From Squalus acanthias (taxonomy: Eukaryota), in the NCBI GenBank assembly GCA_030390025.1, contig CM059432.1, positions 117,182,001-117,246,000 of the forward strand: 64,000 nucleotides of DNA, read 5' to 3'. Shown one piece after another: positions 62,571-64,000 of this stretch. The notes beneath the pieces are model-generated. The model was not told where the DNA came from. It was given only the letters and a program-made list of their open reading frames with translations, and did no database searches. Every line of letters starts with the position of its first letter. Position 1 is the first letter of the stretch. The translations under genes and the position numbers were made by a program.

Positions 62571-63035
62571 ACTTCTGAGGTACCTTCGAGACACACGACA
62601 ACGCAAAATCATCGAGCAGAAACTGATAGCCAAGTTCCGCACCCATGAGGACGACCTCAACTGGGATCTTGGGTTCATGTCACGCTACATGTAACCCCAC
62701 CTGACATAGAGTCATCCAGACTCGAGTCGTCATTGGCTTGTTCTCTCTACACAGATTTCCAGCAAAACAAGTAAAAAGTTTTTTGTTTTCCATACAGACT
62801 CCAGCATCTGCCACATTTGACCCCTTGTGACCCCACCTCATTGTCTTTGTTGTATTTTGCTATTGTCTTTGATGTAATATCTTCCTGACTGACCTGTTTG
62901 GACACCATCCACACCTGTGATTGCCGTGATTGTCTCTCTGCCGAGGTGTGATAAGGGGCAGTTAGAAAGATTAACTGTAGTCGTCTGGCAGTGTTCTCTG
63001 ACTATATATGCTGTGCCCATATGTATTTCTTCACT

Positions 63036-63072
63036 TCACCTGACGAAGCAGCAGCGCTCCGAAAGCTTGTGA
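63036..63072 (+). ncRNA. Minimal hammerhead ribozyme, second copy (stem II mismatch)
   Basis: UCAC-CUGACGA-A-GCAGC-AGC-GCUCC-GAAA-GC-UU-GUGA. Confidence 0.75.
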
Positions 63073-64000
63073 TTTCAAATAAAGCTGTTGGACTATAACC
63101 TGGTGTTGTGCGACTTCTCACTTTTGTCCACCCCAGTCCAACACCGGCATCTCCGCATCATTCATAGACTACCCATGGGACAGTGTAGATAGTTGGTTCA
63201 GTATCTATGTAGAGTACCCATGGGACAGTGTAGATAGCTGGTTCAGTATCTATGTCGACTACCCATGGGACAGTGTAGATAGCTTGTTCAATATCTATGT
63301 CGACTACCCATGGAACAGTGTAGATAGTTGGTTCAGTATCTATGTAGACTAGCCATGGGACAGTATAGATAGTTGGTTCAGTATCTATGTAGACTACCCA
63401 TGGGGCAGTGTAGATAACTGGTTCAGTATCTATGTAGACTACCCATGGGACAGTGTAGATAGCTCGTTCAATATCTATGTAGACTACCCATGGGACAGTG
63501 TAGGTAGCTTGTTCAGTATCTATGTCGACTACCCATGGAACAGTGTAGATAGCTTGTTCAGTTTCTATGTAGACTACCCATGGGACAGTGTCGATAGCTT
63601 GTTTAGTATCCATGTAGACTACCCATGGGACAGTGTAGGTAGCTGGTACAGTATCTTTTTGGACTACCCATGGGACAGTGTCGATAGCTTGTTTAGTATC
63701 CATGTAGACTACCCATGGGACAGTGTAGGTAGCTGGTACAGTATCTATGTGGACTACCCATGGGACAGTGTAGATAGCTTGTTCAATATCTATGTAGACT
63801 ACCCATGGGACAGTGTAGATAGATTGTTCAGTATCTATGTAGACTACCCATGGTACAGTGTAGATAACTTGTTCAGTATCCGTGTAGACTACCCATGGGA
63901 CTGTGTAGGTAGCTGGTACAGTACCTATGTCGACTACCCATGGGACAGTGTAGATAACTTGTTCAGTATCCGTGTAGACTACCCATGGGACTGTGTAGGT

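Larger units (their letters stand above)
61683..63164. mobile_element. Penelope-like element (probably Neptune clade): two 5'-truncated 3' ends in inverted orientation
   Basis: GIY-YIG ORF; ~540-bp inverted arms; terminal tail only on the right arm; TAGACTA on both flanks. Confidence 0.92.
60369..64000. repeat. 45-bp tandem satellite (tagactacccatgggacagtgtagatagctggttcagtatctatg), about 43 units in three blocks, running off the window end
   Basis: Direct reading; 15-aa periodicity in the ORF track. Confidence 0.97.

Noticed and set aside
60369..64000. CRISPR-like array
   Set aside because: Units are contiguous with no unique spacers, there are no cas genes and the context is eukaryotic.

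Overview
Repeat-dominated vertebrate DNA, most likely from a cartilaginous fish. This is inferred from the mix of CR1 and L2 LINEs, HE1/V-SINE-like and DeuSINE-like SINEs, PIF/Harbinger transposons and Penelope-like elements. No recognisable intact host gene is present; only a few weak candidate exons lie in unique sequence. Main contents: many truncated and nested CR1/L2/RTE fragments; a two-gene Harbinger (spliced Myb/SANT gene convergent with a HARBI1-type DDE transposase) plus a deleted sister copy and about ten non-autonomous derivatives, most with 3-bp TSDs; three long (1.5-1.7 kb) TG...CA solo LTRs with 4-bp TSDs, one with a foamy-virus-like layout and two forming a diverged family with an apparently very long R region; a tRNA-Ser pseudogene; a CT-rich minisatellite; and a terminal 45-bp satellite. 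A small solo LTR and an inverted, hammerhead-bearing Penelope (GIY-YIG) element inserted into that satellite at the same position of the unit. TE boundaries are approximate unless a TSD is quoted. All family assignments were made by eye, without database searches.
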